DNA from: Mayamaea pseudoterrestris
Taxonomy: Eukaryota
Assembly (NCBI GenBank): GCA_027923505.1
Contig: BROI01000007.1
Location: 62,001-126,000, forward strand
Length of the DNA: 64,000 nt
Reading direction: 5' to 3'
A program made the position numbers and the translations under genes. This document shows, piece by piece, positions 9,301 through 21,977 of this stretch. The notes below the pieces were generated by a model that worked only from the letters and a program-made list of their open reading frames with translations, was not told the origin of the DNA and ran no database searches. Positions within the stretch are counted from its first letter, which is position 1; every line of letters starts with the position of its first letter.

Positions 9301-10386
9301 GTGATTCGAGGCGGCGTCGATTACGACTGTAGTCAACCAGATCATGATCTTAATGATTCCACAGTGTTGAGGGGTGAGGGGGCTGGTTCGCCACGAGAGC
9401 GCCATCAAGTAAGCAGCAATACTGGACGCATTGTTTGCAGTGTGGCCAATGTCAGTCGCGGTAGCAAAAACCTTCTTTTGCGCGGCACAGCTGGTGGGGC
9501 GAACAATAGTGACATTACTTGCGAAGAAGGTAGCGCACATCTTCAAGTGATCGATGCACAGACATCTGATGAAGATGATTTTACCTACAGCAATAACGAC
9601 AATGAATCAATCGACGATTCGCCAGCAGTTGACCCTCTGTACTTAGACCGCTTCGAAAATACAATTACCCGTGATGAGATTGTTGAAATGCGTCCAGAAG
9701 TCATAACGCATTCCTTCACCAAGCACACCAGCGACGTTTACACGGCAAGCCATGCACGCGAGTCTTCTCCAGAAGTATTGCTTGGAACTGGCGATAGCAT
9801 TATGTCAGAATCGAAGAACTTGTTCGGACATGGAGACGAAACGCATACCACCGCATCGATGGCGGTTGGCAGAAGCGGAATCGGCGCGTTTGATACCGAA
9901 GTTGAGGCGGCAGTTGCTTCAGACTATGTCGCAAATGACCTTGCCCTTAAAAAAATTTTATCTCTCATTCCTACCATGCCGTGTGGGAATATCACGCACT
10001 CTGGTAGCCGGCTTCCGAGCAATTTGCGAGAAAAATTTTGCCCCTATGTCTTCAATCTTTTTCGCAAGACGCCTGACGAACTAGTAGAGCTTTCAGAATT
10101 TACGTTTCTTTTGACACCCACGGATGAATTGACATTGCTGGAGCTCCGAGCTCTGCTTGCGTCTTTCCGAGAAGTGGCGTTTAAGTGGAAGCTTGATCAT
10201 ACGTCATATAAAAGCCAACTCGATTGGTTTCAAAGCTTGCAGGGTAATTATCACAAGAAACGTTCGGCGTTCGACAACCACGTGCACGAGCACTCGCAAA
10301 CCGAAGGTCGGTGCAGTTGTGGTTTGGGTTCTGCATGTCCACTCGAACAAGACGCAGTATACGAGGCGATCCTTCTGACTGAATGA
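6310..10386 (+). CDS. Large orphan protein (1358 aa): N-terminal hydrophobic helices, long S/T/A-rich disordered middle, small C-terminal globular Cys/His region
   Basis: 4-kb uninterrupted ORF; no family recognised. Confidence 0.65.
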   Translation: MVYPHRATTPRLVVETLLEIATAMLNFIIVTLEELFAYNPPWLTIADNCVMLAILLIPVGLLIVLLDGGLCMMFESALSRRRNALVAIKGDSRLNLPTEVKRPDSQRELEIAMLQEGVVDAARFNGAWWRRKWVSRTLVVYSSSYFFTALVFGDETYFFWTACLYHAWEATMLIDAWTRVKIPVAVDSLYPPRASLALFYRPLSFLNCDATIFSICTYALQVLIFDVLGKWNQSLLPADMWSDLTYTMFCFAGLVQLLLLLHQIHLNNILVDTMIERTFCMLYATLKGIYFGLMVPFRVVCGAANTATFVIKAAFRLARRNGILQGRTLMAGEYKNYKGEGTNSFSRIIDDADNKGEPTGTKKFDGNISAHGHGAPTEAPRSDNEEIQATLDTFTSVEDSSTCNNGLSRMSGIQMDEACQMQHSLPFHNTGRNQTHTSTRSIKWPLKTETFLKKTNVDSVASAVQRGFVSSDALKRNKVGTPTVGETVPSHGWKTAVAEPACLATAPTTANVEMSKKFKIVGCRGGASDVINKVAANKLYSNGIDQQWGRGVRKKGGDVKRQTPNASFLSSASLDVPRPVTLKTDRSTDSIMASTEAAFWKERTLSVSVATTDAGAIIRPKRRALTGASASYTESTANPTLAVPCRRPTNQASAAPTSPGEVTGVSPTDDINNTTAPLGDVGKVTICDVSLIQASGLVVAGSVQSICTLRQDTASATAPALTTLNQSNSVHMTDDCRIRSSVSSTAERCDKATLIPPSTTGRAVEVEPKHSASSKGWVSGKSNIIMSEAKATLTAESASPLSVSIEGTSLSLDNCALRMPTASRSSALPSLSLQASAAPTSRLCAMTNMTAVETGFDDDSDTTVAGELTSAASKAKMIGANISVSICAPEPAIRKLFRPTLMRNDHDKFASPTTTAIAQSGSTDSLQKDGDYRNQALSNSVNLSNSSVEGLFSFSRRAGSHETDLILPISHEKAEYAPSNIDASFETLTHFVDAPPSVIRGGVDYDCSQPDHDLNDSTVLRGEGAGSPRERHQVSSNTGRIVCSVANVSRGSKNLLLRGTAGGANNSDITCEEGSAHLQVIDAQTSDEDDFTYSNNDNESIDDSPAVDPLYLDRFENTITRDEIVEMRPEVITHSFTKHTSDVYTASHARESSPEVLLGTGDSIMSESKNLFGHGDETHTTASMAVGRSGIGAFDTEVEAAVASDYVANDLALKKILSLIPTMPCGNITHSGSRLPSNLREKFCPYVFNLFRKTPDELVELSEFTFLLTPTDELTLLELRALLASFREVAFKWKLDHTSYKSQLDWFQSLQGNYHKKRSAFDNHVHEHSQTEGRCSCGLGSACPLEQDAVYEAILLTE

Positions 10387-11329
10387 TCAAGTCGTGCGGG
10401 CATTATGCACCATTCCTTTCTGTTGCTATCACAACCACTATAGTAAGCATAACCGTGATATACTAGCAATTATGTATGTGTCACATTACTCGATGACAGC
10501 TTGGACGAATAATATGGTGATCTTGGTGCCATACCGGCATTTTTTATTGCTTCTCGAGTTTCTTTGACCACAAGTTCTGACGCATGTACCAGCACTTCAC
10601 TAATTCTCAACCTTAATGTTAATTGGGAGCTTGAGGGCTGAAGTTTGATAACCGACGAATGGTGCGGAAAAAATCTAAGAGTGGCCTGAAAGCGATTTGG
10701 CCCAGATGTCGCTTGTCGGACCTGCCATGGCGTAGTCGTCGGCGGGATATAGGCGTGGTGCACGGAGATGGTCCGTGTTGCTACCGCTGACGCGAGTGCA
10801 TATTCCGCAGAGCAAGGTTCAATGGTGGCCAGTGTTTGTCGATCTGTGACTTTGAGCCAATACGTTTCCAGGTGTGTTGGTCACAATTTTGTCGCGTCAC
10901 AAGTGATGCGCGAGTTGGGCTGACATGCTTGCGACGTGGGATCTGAACCAGACGAGCACCGGTAAGTTGGAATATGAGGTAGAATGTCGCGCAGAGACTG
11001 GGCGCGGATGGGTAAGGCAGCTGGAGTTTCGCGTACCGCGCTCCTGGAAGTCGGTGCCATCACGCCAACGTGCTAATGATGCAGGATAGCTACCAGACGC
11101 TCTCTTGCTAAGACTACATGACTGCCAATCTATTGCAACCGCCCACTGATAGACCAACTCGCCGCCATTCAACTCCAACAGCTGGGTCACTGCTGCCTTG
11201 CGTTTGATATGACCGGCGAATGCAGGTTCGAGCGTGCCAGTACCGCAGCGACTTTGACAGATTCGTTCCAACGCCATCATCCATCACAGTTCTCCATTGT
11301 TTGATCTCTGGTGCCACACCAACACGACC

Positions 11330-12662
11330 ATGTTCATGACGAAACTGTCCATTGTTAGTCTTCTGTTTGCTCTTTTGCCAAAAATTGACGCAGAGTACCA
11401 CAACGAGATCAAGGTTTGTGCTGTAGTATCGTGAATATCTTGAAGGTCGTTCAGAATTCTCACTCACCACGATTTGTTTCTCGCATGTCCATTTCAACGC
11501 TCATGTCGAAAGGTTCGCTCTGATGCCGTTCACAACGATTATACATCGCCCTTGCCGCACGAGTACTTTCAGGCTAGTAGCCTGCCAGCATCGTTCAACT
11601 GGGGCGACGTTGGTGGCGTTAGCTACTTGACCCATTCGCTGAACCAGCACATTCCTCAGTATTGTGGCAGCTGTTGGGCCCATGGAGCGCTCTCGAGTTT
11701 AGCGGATCGCATCAAGATTGCTCGTCTTGGTCAAGGTGACGATATCAATTTGAGCATTCAATTTATTTTGAACTGTGGAAGTGATCAAGCTGGCTCATGC
11801 CATGGCGGCTATCACACGTCGACCTTTGAGTTTATCAAGAAAATTGGATTCGTTCCTTATGATACCTGCATGACATATCTGGCTTGCTCCAAGGAGTCGA
11901 CCGACGGAATTTGTCCTCATTTGGACATGACATGTGACATTTATCCCAGCCAGAGGTCTGGTGGTTTCGAGATTGCCCCGTCCAGCATGGCCAATGTTTG
12001 CCGCACCTGCGACACGTTCGCTGGGATGGGAGGTGCATGTGTTGAGATTGACATGTTTCCTAATGCTACCGTTGCCGAATACGGAATGATTGATTACGAC
12101 GACAATGCCGTGCATCGTATCATGACGGAGATTTTTGTCCGTGGACCAGTGGCGGCGACGATCAATGCCGAGCCCATTGTCGGCTATAAAGGCGGAGTGT
12201 TCACGGATGACTCGCATTCGCAGCGCACAAACCATATAGTATCCATTGTCGGATGGGAGACAAATTTGAAGACTGGAACGATGGCTTGGGTGGTCAGGAA
12301 CTCTTGGGGGTACGACCTTAACATTGGTTTGATTTGTCGCAGGCACGCGATGCAAAAGATCTCACTTCACCATTTTTTCAAAAAATCTCAGGCAATATTG
12401 GGGCGAGATGGGAATGATGCGCATTGAAGCAGGCAAGAACTTGCTGGGCATTGAAGGAGAAGTTGCGTGGGCGACGCCAGGAACATTTACGGTGCACAAC
12501 TTTCCATGCTCGGAGGACGGGAAGAATTGCGTCATTCGAGATGCCGTCGCGACTGAACAGTATCAAGATCCTTCTAAAGATCAATTGAAAGTCCAGCAGC
12601 ATTTGAAGGTTTTGGAGCCTACAAATTTGGCTGCTGCCAACAGACGTCGCGTTCGTGCTTAA
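11330..12662 (+). CDS. Cathepsin Z/X-like papain (C1A) cysteine protease, 3 exons
   Basis: Motifs NQHIPQYCGSCWAHG (the HIP mini-loop of cathepsin X), NHIVSIVGW and RNSWG/QYWGEMG. Signal-peptide exon MFMTKLSIVSLLFALL. Introns at about 11414-11512 and about 12310-12390. Confidence 0.92.
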
Positions 12663-13603
12663 ATGTGGAGATTGAACTCGTCGCTAGGAGTGGATAAAAA
12701 TGATTAGCATCTCTATATTATTAACGAAGTGTCGATAACATTCTTATATAAATGTGTCTGGGTGATTATGGCCGCCAGTCGATCCGCTCCACCGACTAGT
12801 CAAATAAAAGTCAAAACCATCTACGAAGATGACACGGCTTTAATTGGCGGAGGTGTCATGTATCTGAGATGTACGTCGCCAGTAGCTCGAAACTTGTAAA
12901 TGGGGCTTCAACAGAGCCTTGCTATTGCCTATGTGTCAAAATCACGTCGATCCTAGAAAACCGCTACATTAATCAAAGTTACATCATGGCTGCTCGCTCG
13001 TGCTGGTTTCGTCAAAAAAGCCTCGGTCAACCGCATCGAGACGGAAAGGAGTTCTGCCAAGTTTCAGTCGAGTAGAAAGCCGTCTGGATAGGCAGGTGAG
13101 CATCAGTGGCCTCCAGCCGCCACCGTTTTGTGTAATGCTCAAATTCAGTTTTCAAGATTCGAAATGCAGTAGAGTGGGCATACTATCGCATGCCTGTTGT
13201 ATGTGAGCACTATGTACTTCAATCTTGGTATAGTGTCGGGAATGATGATGTATCTGGCTCGAGCATGTTTCGCAGACGCGGCTGCAACCATGCCAGGTAG
13301 TTGTGTTTATTTGCGCGAGAAATTGCGGCTAAAGAAGTGCCTGCAATGGTGACGAGACACAAAGTCAGTGTGCGAAAGCACGAAATGATTCAGCGATCAA
13401 AATGTTATCATCGGTAAAGGACCCATCGACGGTGAGATCCGACGCCAGGCTGTGACCAACGATAATTCTTTACCAGCATTGTACAAGCAAGTTTCGAAAC
13501 AATATCTCTTCTCAAAGATTTTCGAACTAACTTCACATTTACCCTTTCGGGAAGAAGTGACAAAACAAGCTGGATGCATGGTTGCAAGTAGAAACAGACA
13601 TAC

Positions 13604-14962
13604 CTATTCAGGAATGAGTATGGCGCTGGATGCTGGTTGTTTAACGTTTGCAAGTTGCAATGCCTTTCGCGCGACGAAATTTAAACATCTGTAGTCCATG
13701 TTCATCATCGATCGCCTGTCGGCAGTGTAAAGAGAGCGCTTTCCTGACTCTTCCTCAATAAATTCATAACCGATATTCACCATAATGTCGCGAATATCCT
13801 CCCAGCAAACGTCGATGCTCGTCAAGAATTTCTTGTCCAGATAGCTGCATCTCGCATGGTATGAGTCAACATCTTGGTCGTCAGGCCGCATAACAGGTCC
13901 CGACCAGTGATAAGTCAGCGGACCGAAATTGATCAAGATTCCGCCAGGCTTGAGCATTCGATAAATTGTTATTAAATACTCCACAATGCAAGGCGACGTG
14001 TCTAGAAAGAAACACGCTACCACCGCGTCCCATCGATTGTGTTCGTCAGGAATATTATAGACAGAACAAAACGCACCAGCTGCCATGCTGAAATCACAAC
14101 TCGTATTCACTTCCATTGAGCGCTTTTCGTGTGTGGTGGCATCGCCGCGAGTCGCGTACGTGTGCGGATCAACGTCTGGAATGGTAATGATGCGAACAGG
14201 ATCCGTCGCTTGATGTACATTTCTCGTCTCGAGCAGCCAAGGTGAAATTCGAAGCGGCGTCTTGGGCGTAGCGATGCCTCCGTTAAGAATAAAGTCAGAC
14301 GCTATGAGCATGTATAGCGAGAATTCGTTACCTTGCACCGAGTATCCTTCGCGACATATTTCAAGCGCAAGTCGTCCAACCCCAGCACCAGGAACACAGA
14401 CGCGAGGCCGCCAGGTCGGCGTCACCGGCAACATTCGTTTCAAAGCTCCCAAAATGAGTTTGTAGCTCATGTCTCGTTCGGGCTGTCCTTCCGTCGACCA
14501 GTCGCGCATGAGGCTCTTTAAGACAGAAGTCACTTTGGATATTTGGGCGTCCGAAACAAAGCGCGTTGATGCCACAATATCCTGTTGGGAGTGCGGCTGG
14601 CCAGCATGGCGCAATATACAGTCCAAGCAAAACTGATTCCTTATCGCAGCTTCCTTGAACTGAGTAGCTCTCCCGTGAAATTCTGGAGTGTCTCTTCGAA
14701 GTGCAGCAGGAAGTACATTTCGATAATCGTCCGCGAGCGAATGAAGTCGGTAATTGGTGTTGGTCCATTGACTTATGGCAAAGCTAGCGTATTGTCTGTA
14801 AGAAAGCACTACCTCATGCCAGTGATTTTGCTCTTGCTCGTCGCGCTGCAAGTAGGTTTCATATGCGATACCAAGGCTGTGGTATTCTTCAACCGGGCGA
14901 ACCGTAAGGGCTTCCGCCGTTTCATTCTCTTCTAAATGAGATGCCTCAGATGCGGCAGACAT
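13604..14962 (-). CDS. CARNMT1: Carnosine N-methyltransferase / N2227-like SAM-dependent methyltransferase
   Basis: Motifs RDWSTEG, VPGAGVGRLA, QGNEFSLYML, CFFLDT, LKPGGILINFGPL. Confidence 0.9.
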   Translation of the reverse strand: MSAASEASHLEENETAEALTVRPVEEYHSLGIAYETYLQRDEQEQNHWHEVVLSYRQYASFAISQWTNTNYRLHSLADDYRNVLPAALRRDTPEFHGRATQFKEAAIRNQFCLDCILRHAGQPHSQQDIVASTRFVSDAQISKVTSVLKSLMRDWSTEGQPERDMSYKLILGALKRMLPVTPTWRPRVCVPGAGVGRLALEICREGYSVQGNEFSLYMLIASDFILNGGIATPKTPLRISPWLLETRNVHQATDPVRIITIPDVDPHTYATRGDATTHEKRSMEVNTSCDFSMAAGAFCSVYNIPDEHNRWDAVVACFFLDTSPCIVEYLITIYRMLKPGGILINFGPLTYHWSGPVMRPDDQDVDSYHARCSYLDKKFLTSIDVCWEDIRDIMVNIGYEFIEEESGKRSLYTADRRSMMNMDYRCLNFVARKALQLANVKQPASSAILIPE

Positions 14963-15453
14963 GATTGTCCACTAAGTAAACGCGTGAGAAATATGAAGTC
15001 AGCTACTTTCAGGATGTATACGCAAACAAACGAGAAGTAAGCATATCCGTGACTAACGTCGAACGGTTAGAGAGGCCGGTCGCCGATAGGTCGGTCCCAA
15101 GAATGCGTTTCCCGTTCCTCAAACATTAGGGCACCCTTATCATGCTGGCTCACCTAGTTACAGTATGTTACCCTGTAAGGTTGGAAAGTTGGCAAACGTC
15201 GCTCTTACACGCATCGCCGTCGAGAATACTGACTCCAAGCCATGAACTGTGTATGTTGTGATGTTTTGTGATGTTGTGATGTTGCGATGATTTCGTGGTT
15301 CAAGGCGCGCCAAATCAGCGTCGGATCGTGACTCAGGTCGTGGTGCGACAGTAGATGACGTTGCAACTCAAAAACGTCACAGCTTGACACAAACGAGGAC
15401 CATGAACCATGACACCATGATGGTGCGCTTGTTCACATTATTGACAACATAAT

Positions 15454-17813
<2,360 letters not shown>

Positions 17814-18025
17814 ATCGCGCGCGGCAGCTCTAATGCCACCGTCCGGTAGGCCTATAACAGAGGTTAGAATTGAACTTGGGCGCACATCGTCGTTAATTAG
17901 ATGATGACGCATAAGTGCCATCGTAACTCTACTATATCACTATCATGTGAATGTGTTAGACGAGAACTATGTCAAATGGGCGTTCTCCGCTGCTCTCAAA
18001 TTGATGATTCTTGATGAGTTTATTC

Positions 18026-19504
18026 TCATATTGTAATAACATATCCGTCCTCATAGCCCAAGCAACAAGATACAGGCGGTGTATCTTCCGGTACAGGCAA
18101 TGTCGCTGCAAGCGTATCAGGTGCCCATGTGGGCTCATGCAGATGTTTGTAAAGAAGGTGATGCTTGCGGCCTCTCGTTGCCTCTGGATGCAAATTGAGC
18201 GATGTAGTAAACTCAAGATACATGGGATCGTCGCCTACACTCCGATACCCAGCCTTTTTGTACAAACTGATAGCAGCGCCATTATTCACCTCAACATGGA
18301 GATATAAAGACTCGACTCCATTCGCTTCCGAAATCTTGTCGATAGCTTTTAAGAGCTTGATACCAACGCCTTGTCGTCGAACCAATGGATTGACGGCGAC
18401 TTCAGTGATATAGAGCACTTTACTCGGTAGCCTCCGTCGACCCAATTGCGTGCCGCGGAACTCGTCAAAGCTACATTCGGCGCCTCCGATGACAGAATCT
18501 TTCAAGGTCGCTACGACGCATACAGCACCGCGAAGTCGTCGATTGTAGATAGCTTGGCAGGAACGAGACCGGAACTGGCTTTGTACATCTTGAGGAAATG
18601 TTGAGAAGACGGAGAGGCGGAGGCTGGCTATGTCCATGTCATCTCGCGGCGACGCTATTCGGACCACCACATCCTGTATGTCGGCATCAGCGGGGCGCAA
18701 CTTTGTCTCTAATATGGTGTCTACTAAAGGCTCCCCAAACAATCCCATTCTTTTGCCGACGGACAATAATGATGATTTTGACTGACTCCGAATCATGCTG
18801 GCCACAGTCTCACGAATATCTAAATTTGTCACATTCACAACATTTATTTTCTCGTTCGTGTCGTCTACCTCTTTCTGCTGCTTCATTGCTGCATTTAATG
18901 AGCCCCGTGCCTTGCTACATAAAGTGTCAAGCGTTCTTCTCGCAGCATTTTCGTGCCGTCCTTCAGTGACGCTTGCTGGCCTTGACAATTGCCTTGATGC
19001 CGACCGAATACTGCAATGCATGAGTGTCATTGCTCGGGAATCGCGATTTACAATGTGCCTTGTGGTCATTGCATGGTCGCTAAGGTTGAATTCGCATTCG
19101 TGAGTCAACTGCTGAACATGGACATGACAGGTTTCGTCGGCGATTATAGCCTCGCCTTCTTTGTCATGCTCGTCATATTCTGATAAGTACATTGTCGTCT
19201 CTCTAAAATCCTGAACAACTGGCATCCATTCCCTGTCGTGACAATCTCCAGCGTTACGATCAATCTGGTCACACGTCGTTGGTCGAGCAAATATGCCTGG
19301 CACAACGCTCATGCGGTCGATACAATGCCAACTTTGCCTTGATGCAAATCCACTGCATCCTGGAAAGTATTTGAGAGCCAGTAGCGCATGCAGAATAAGA
19401 AAAACCGTGTTGAAGCGAGGCTGTTGAAGGTCCCGAAATAAAGATGGTGTCGATGAAACTTTGGCGAGATTGACCCTATCCTTTGCTCCAATAATGTTGG
19501 CCAT
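18026..19504 (-). CDS. GNAT family N-acetyltransferase with a long N-terminal extension
   Basis: Motifs YITEVAVNPLVRRQGVGIKLL and LYLHVEVNNGAAISLYKKAGY. Confidence 0.85.
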   Translation of the reverse strand: MANIIGAKDRVNLAKVSSTPSLFRDLQQPRFNTVFLILHALLALKYFPGCSGFASRQSWHCIDRMSVVPGIFARPTTCDQIDRNAGDCHDREWMPVVQDFRETTMYLSEYDEHDKEGEAIIADETCHVHVQQLTHECEFNLSDHAMTTRHIVNRDSRAMTLMHCSIRSASRQLSRPASVTEGRHENAARRTLDTLCSKARGSLNAAMKQQKEVDDTNEKINVVNVTNLDIRETVASMIRSQSKSSLLSVGKRMGLFGEPLVDTILETKLRPADADIQDVVVRIASPRDDMDIASLRLSVFSTFPQDVQSQFRSRSCQAIYNRRLRGAVCVVATLKDSVIGGAECSFDEFRGTQLGRRRLPSKVLYITEVAVNPLVRRQGVGIKLLKAIDKISEANGVESLYLHVEVNNGAAISLYKKAGYRSVGDDPMYLEFTTSLNLHPEATRGRKHHLLYKHLHEPTWAPDTLAATLPVPEDTPPVSCCLGYEDGYVITI

Positions 19505-19819
19505 TTCTCATGTCATTCCGGCAGTAGCATAATGGACCATCGACAAAAGTGGAAGAATTATCGAGAGCCTTTCTCGTCCGTGTCTTATGCATTCCGTCGC
19601 CCATGTCCGTCATCCGTCATGGTCGTCAGTCGTCATCACGAGCCAAGAACTGCAAGTAGTACATGTCGCAGCACTACTTGTGGGTGACGTCATAACCATG
19701 ATTGGATGAATGTGAGTGCCGGTACGTGTTCCAAGAGGTTCGCCCACGATTCGTTGCTCATCCTCTATCTCACTCCAAGACGGCGCATATTCCACGACGA
19801 AGCAACAGCCGAGATAACC

Positions 19820-20699
19820 ATGATGAATCGCAATAATGGAAGCACAGAGCCTCGCGCTTACGGTGACCATCACGCTCCTGCTTCCGAACCTACTACACGA
19901 GACTTGATGTTGCTGCTGCGCGCGAATCATGCCGAGACGATTGGTACCATCACGGGCGTCCGAAGTCCGAAGTGATGTAGACGAGTTCAATACGGACGTG
20001 GCGAGTAACAAAGAAAACATTTCCGTTGTCAAGGATGGCTTGGATAATTTCGAACGACGGGCGGACCGCCTGAAAGACAGAGTTGAGAAAGCTGAACTCG
20101 GGCTGTATGCTGGCAGTTATCGCATGGACAAGGCGGACAAGCGAATGGACGATGCCGACGTTGAGTGAGCTGAACACAAGAAGAAGATTGCCGAGTTGGA
20201 TGAACACAAGAAGAAGATTGCCGACTTGGAAAATGAGGTTCGTGAGTTAAAGCAGCAGGCGGCGGCGGCGCAGCAGCAGAATCCAAACAGCCAGGCCAGG
20301 ATTTCCAAGCTTGAAGATGCGCTTCCTGTGGTGCAGTGCCAGCTCGGCGCATTGAAGGGACAGCGGACAAAGGATCGTAACCATCGCAAGCAGACGAAAA
20401 TGGCATGGAACGGATCCGCTGTAAATACCCTGGAGTATCGTCCAGAACGTCAACATACATTGATTTTCCTCGTCTTGCGGGTGTGTTCTCAAGCAATCAA
20501 TCCTAATCCTCCTTCGCAACGGCAAGTGGCTAAGTGGATGCTTGGTGTGCACTCGGTTTCAACTCGAGAAGCAGTTTAATGGACGCTGCAATCAACACGA
20601 AAAATTAGCGCCGACACGCCCTTGTTTGATCCATCCAAATTGGATCCGGCCGTGGAGCTCACCTTTGAAAAATATTTAGAACTCCGTTACAATGATTAA
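19820..20699 (+). pseudogene. Decayed paralog of the 4948-5757 coiled-coil/Cys-His gene
   Basis: Long near-identical nucleotide blocks (e.g. CGCATGGACAAGGCGGACAAGCGAATGGACGATGCCGACG; AATTAGCGCCGACACGCCCTTGTTTGATCCATCCAAATT). In-frame TGA at 20166-20168, frameshifts, and extra sequence near 20450-20510. Confidence 0.9.
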
Positions 20700-20936
20700 A
20701 ATATCCGACCCCGGGGGAGTCGTCGCGCCAACTTCATATTAATCAATGGTTCGATTCAAACATGCAATCAGCGAGTCGCGAGTGCTGTTATTCAATGTAA
20801 ATGAAACTAGCAATAATACTTAACAGAGTGTGTTCATTATCAAGTCTAGCGATCTTGTATTATGGCGTCGGGTAATGGGACAGCCACTACTTTAACGATC
20901 TCATACACAACACATGTAATGAATCGCTGTCAGCGT

Positions 20937-21510
20937 CATGTCCTCGCCCACCTTCCCACCGACGAATATTGCTCTTTAGAGTCTTGTGTCCTTGATGGTT
21001 AGTATCTTGATCCAGCTCTTGTTTCATATCGCAGCCAACACGATGGGATTCAAAAGACATACGCTGAGCACATGTGCTACCAAGTTGCCTGGTTCCCTCG
21101 ACAGACGACCTCCATGCCATGCTCACTCCCAGTTTCCGCATTCATGCTGCTTTAGAGGATTAGAGGCTGGCATCATATCCAGATCCGCTGGTCATTCTCA
21201 TTCTGGCTAACCACCGACAGTTGCATGCGTGCCCTGACAGACCTCATTGCACTCGACCAACTAACACCTGCTACCCCTGTACCATCAGTGTCACTTCTGA
21301 AGGTGGACGCATCACCCATCTTCCTGCCACCAGGCTTTGCCCCACCACCGTCACCCGCGCCTGCAACTTCTCATGTCACCGTTCTGACATCCACACCTCT
21401 GCTTGCTGTGGCGCCAACGCCTGTGACCTTGCCGACGCTCGCTCCCGAAGCACCGCCGCCACCCGGTGCCTACGTTGTTGCGCCAGCTTCATCTGCCAAT
21501 TACCTATGAT
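20937..21510 (+). mobile_element. Highly degenerate Copia (CoDi-like) pol remnant, post-integrase region
   Basis: Manual translation from 20937 gives HVLAH...LDG*YLDPALVSYRS...TYAEHMCYQVAWFP...MP, resembling the diatom Copia motif DGWYLGPA..HYRC...T..ER..DTV.WFP. A Pro-rich linker follows. Confidence 0.6.
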
Positions 21511-21977
21511 AACATCATGGGGCCACACCGTTGCCTAACGGTAGATAATCAATGGGAGGCTCCATGATCAACGAGTATGCCATCTCAGCCAAGGCCACAA
21601 TGATACTGAAATCGACACTTAACGTTACCACTCATGTGCCATTTGTTTTAAACTATAGTTGTTGATGACTATGGTATCAAACGCTCTAAAAAAAGCTGAT
21701 CTGGACCATCTCCCTGCTCCGGCTCCAACAACCCGACCAATCGCTTGCTCCTACGTCCCCGACACCACGTCCCATTCTGTGCGCTCCTCGCCTCGAGGCC
21801 AAGCTCACTGCCTCTCGCGAGTTTATTCGTGACGATGCCATATGGGTCTCCAATGAAACAATCTACAACGTTCGCTCCTTACCTTACTCTACCCTGACCA
21901 TTGCAATGGCCCAACACATTGCTGTGACTGCTTCCTTAAGCCTTTTACAACCGACAACTTAGAGCACAGGCTTTCTT

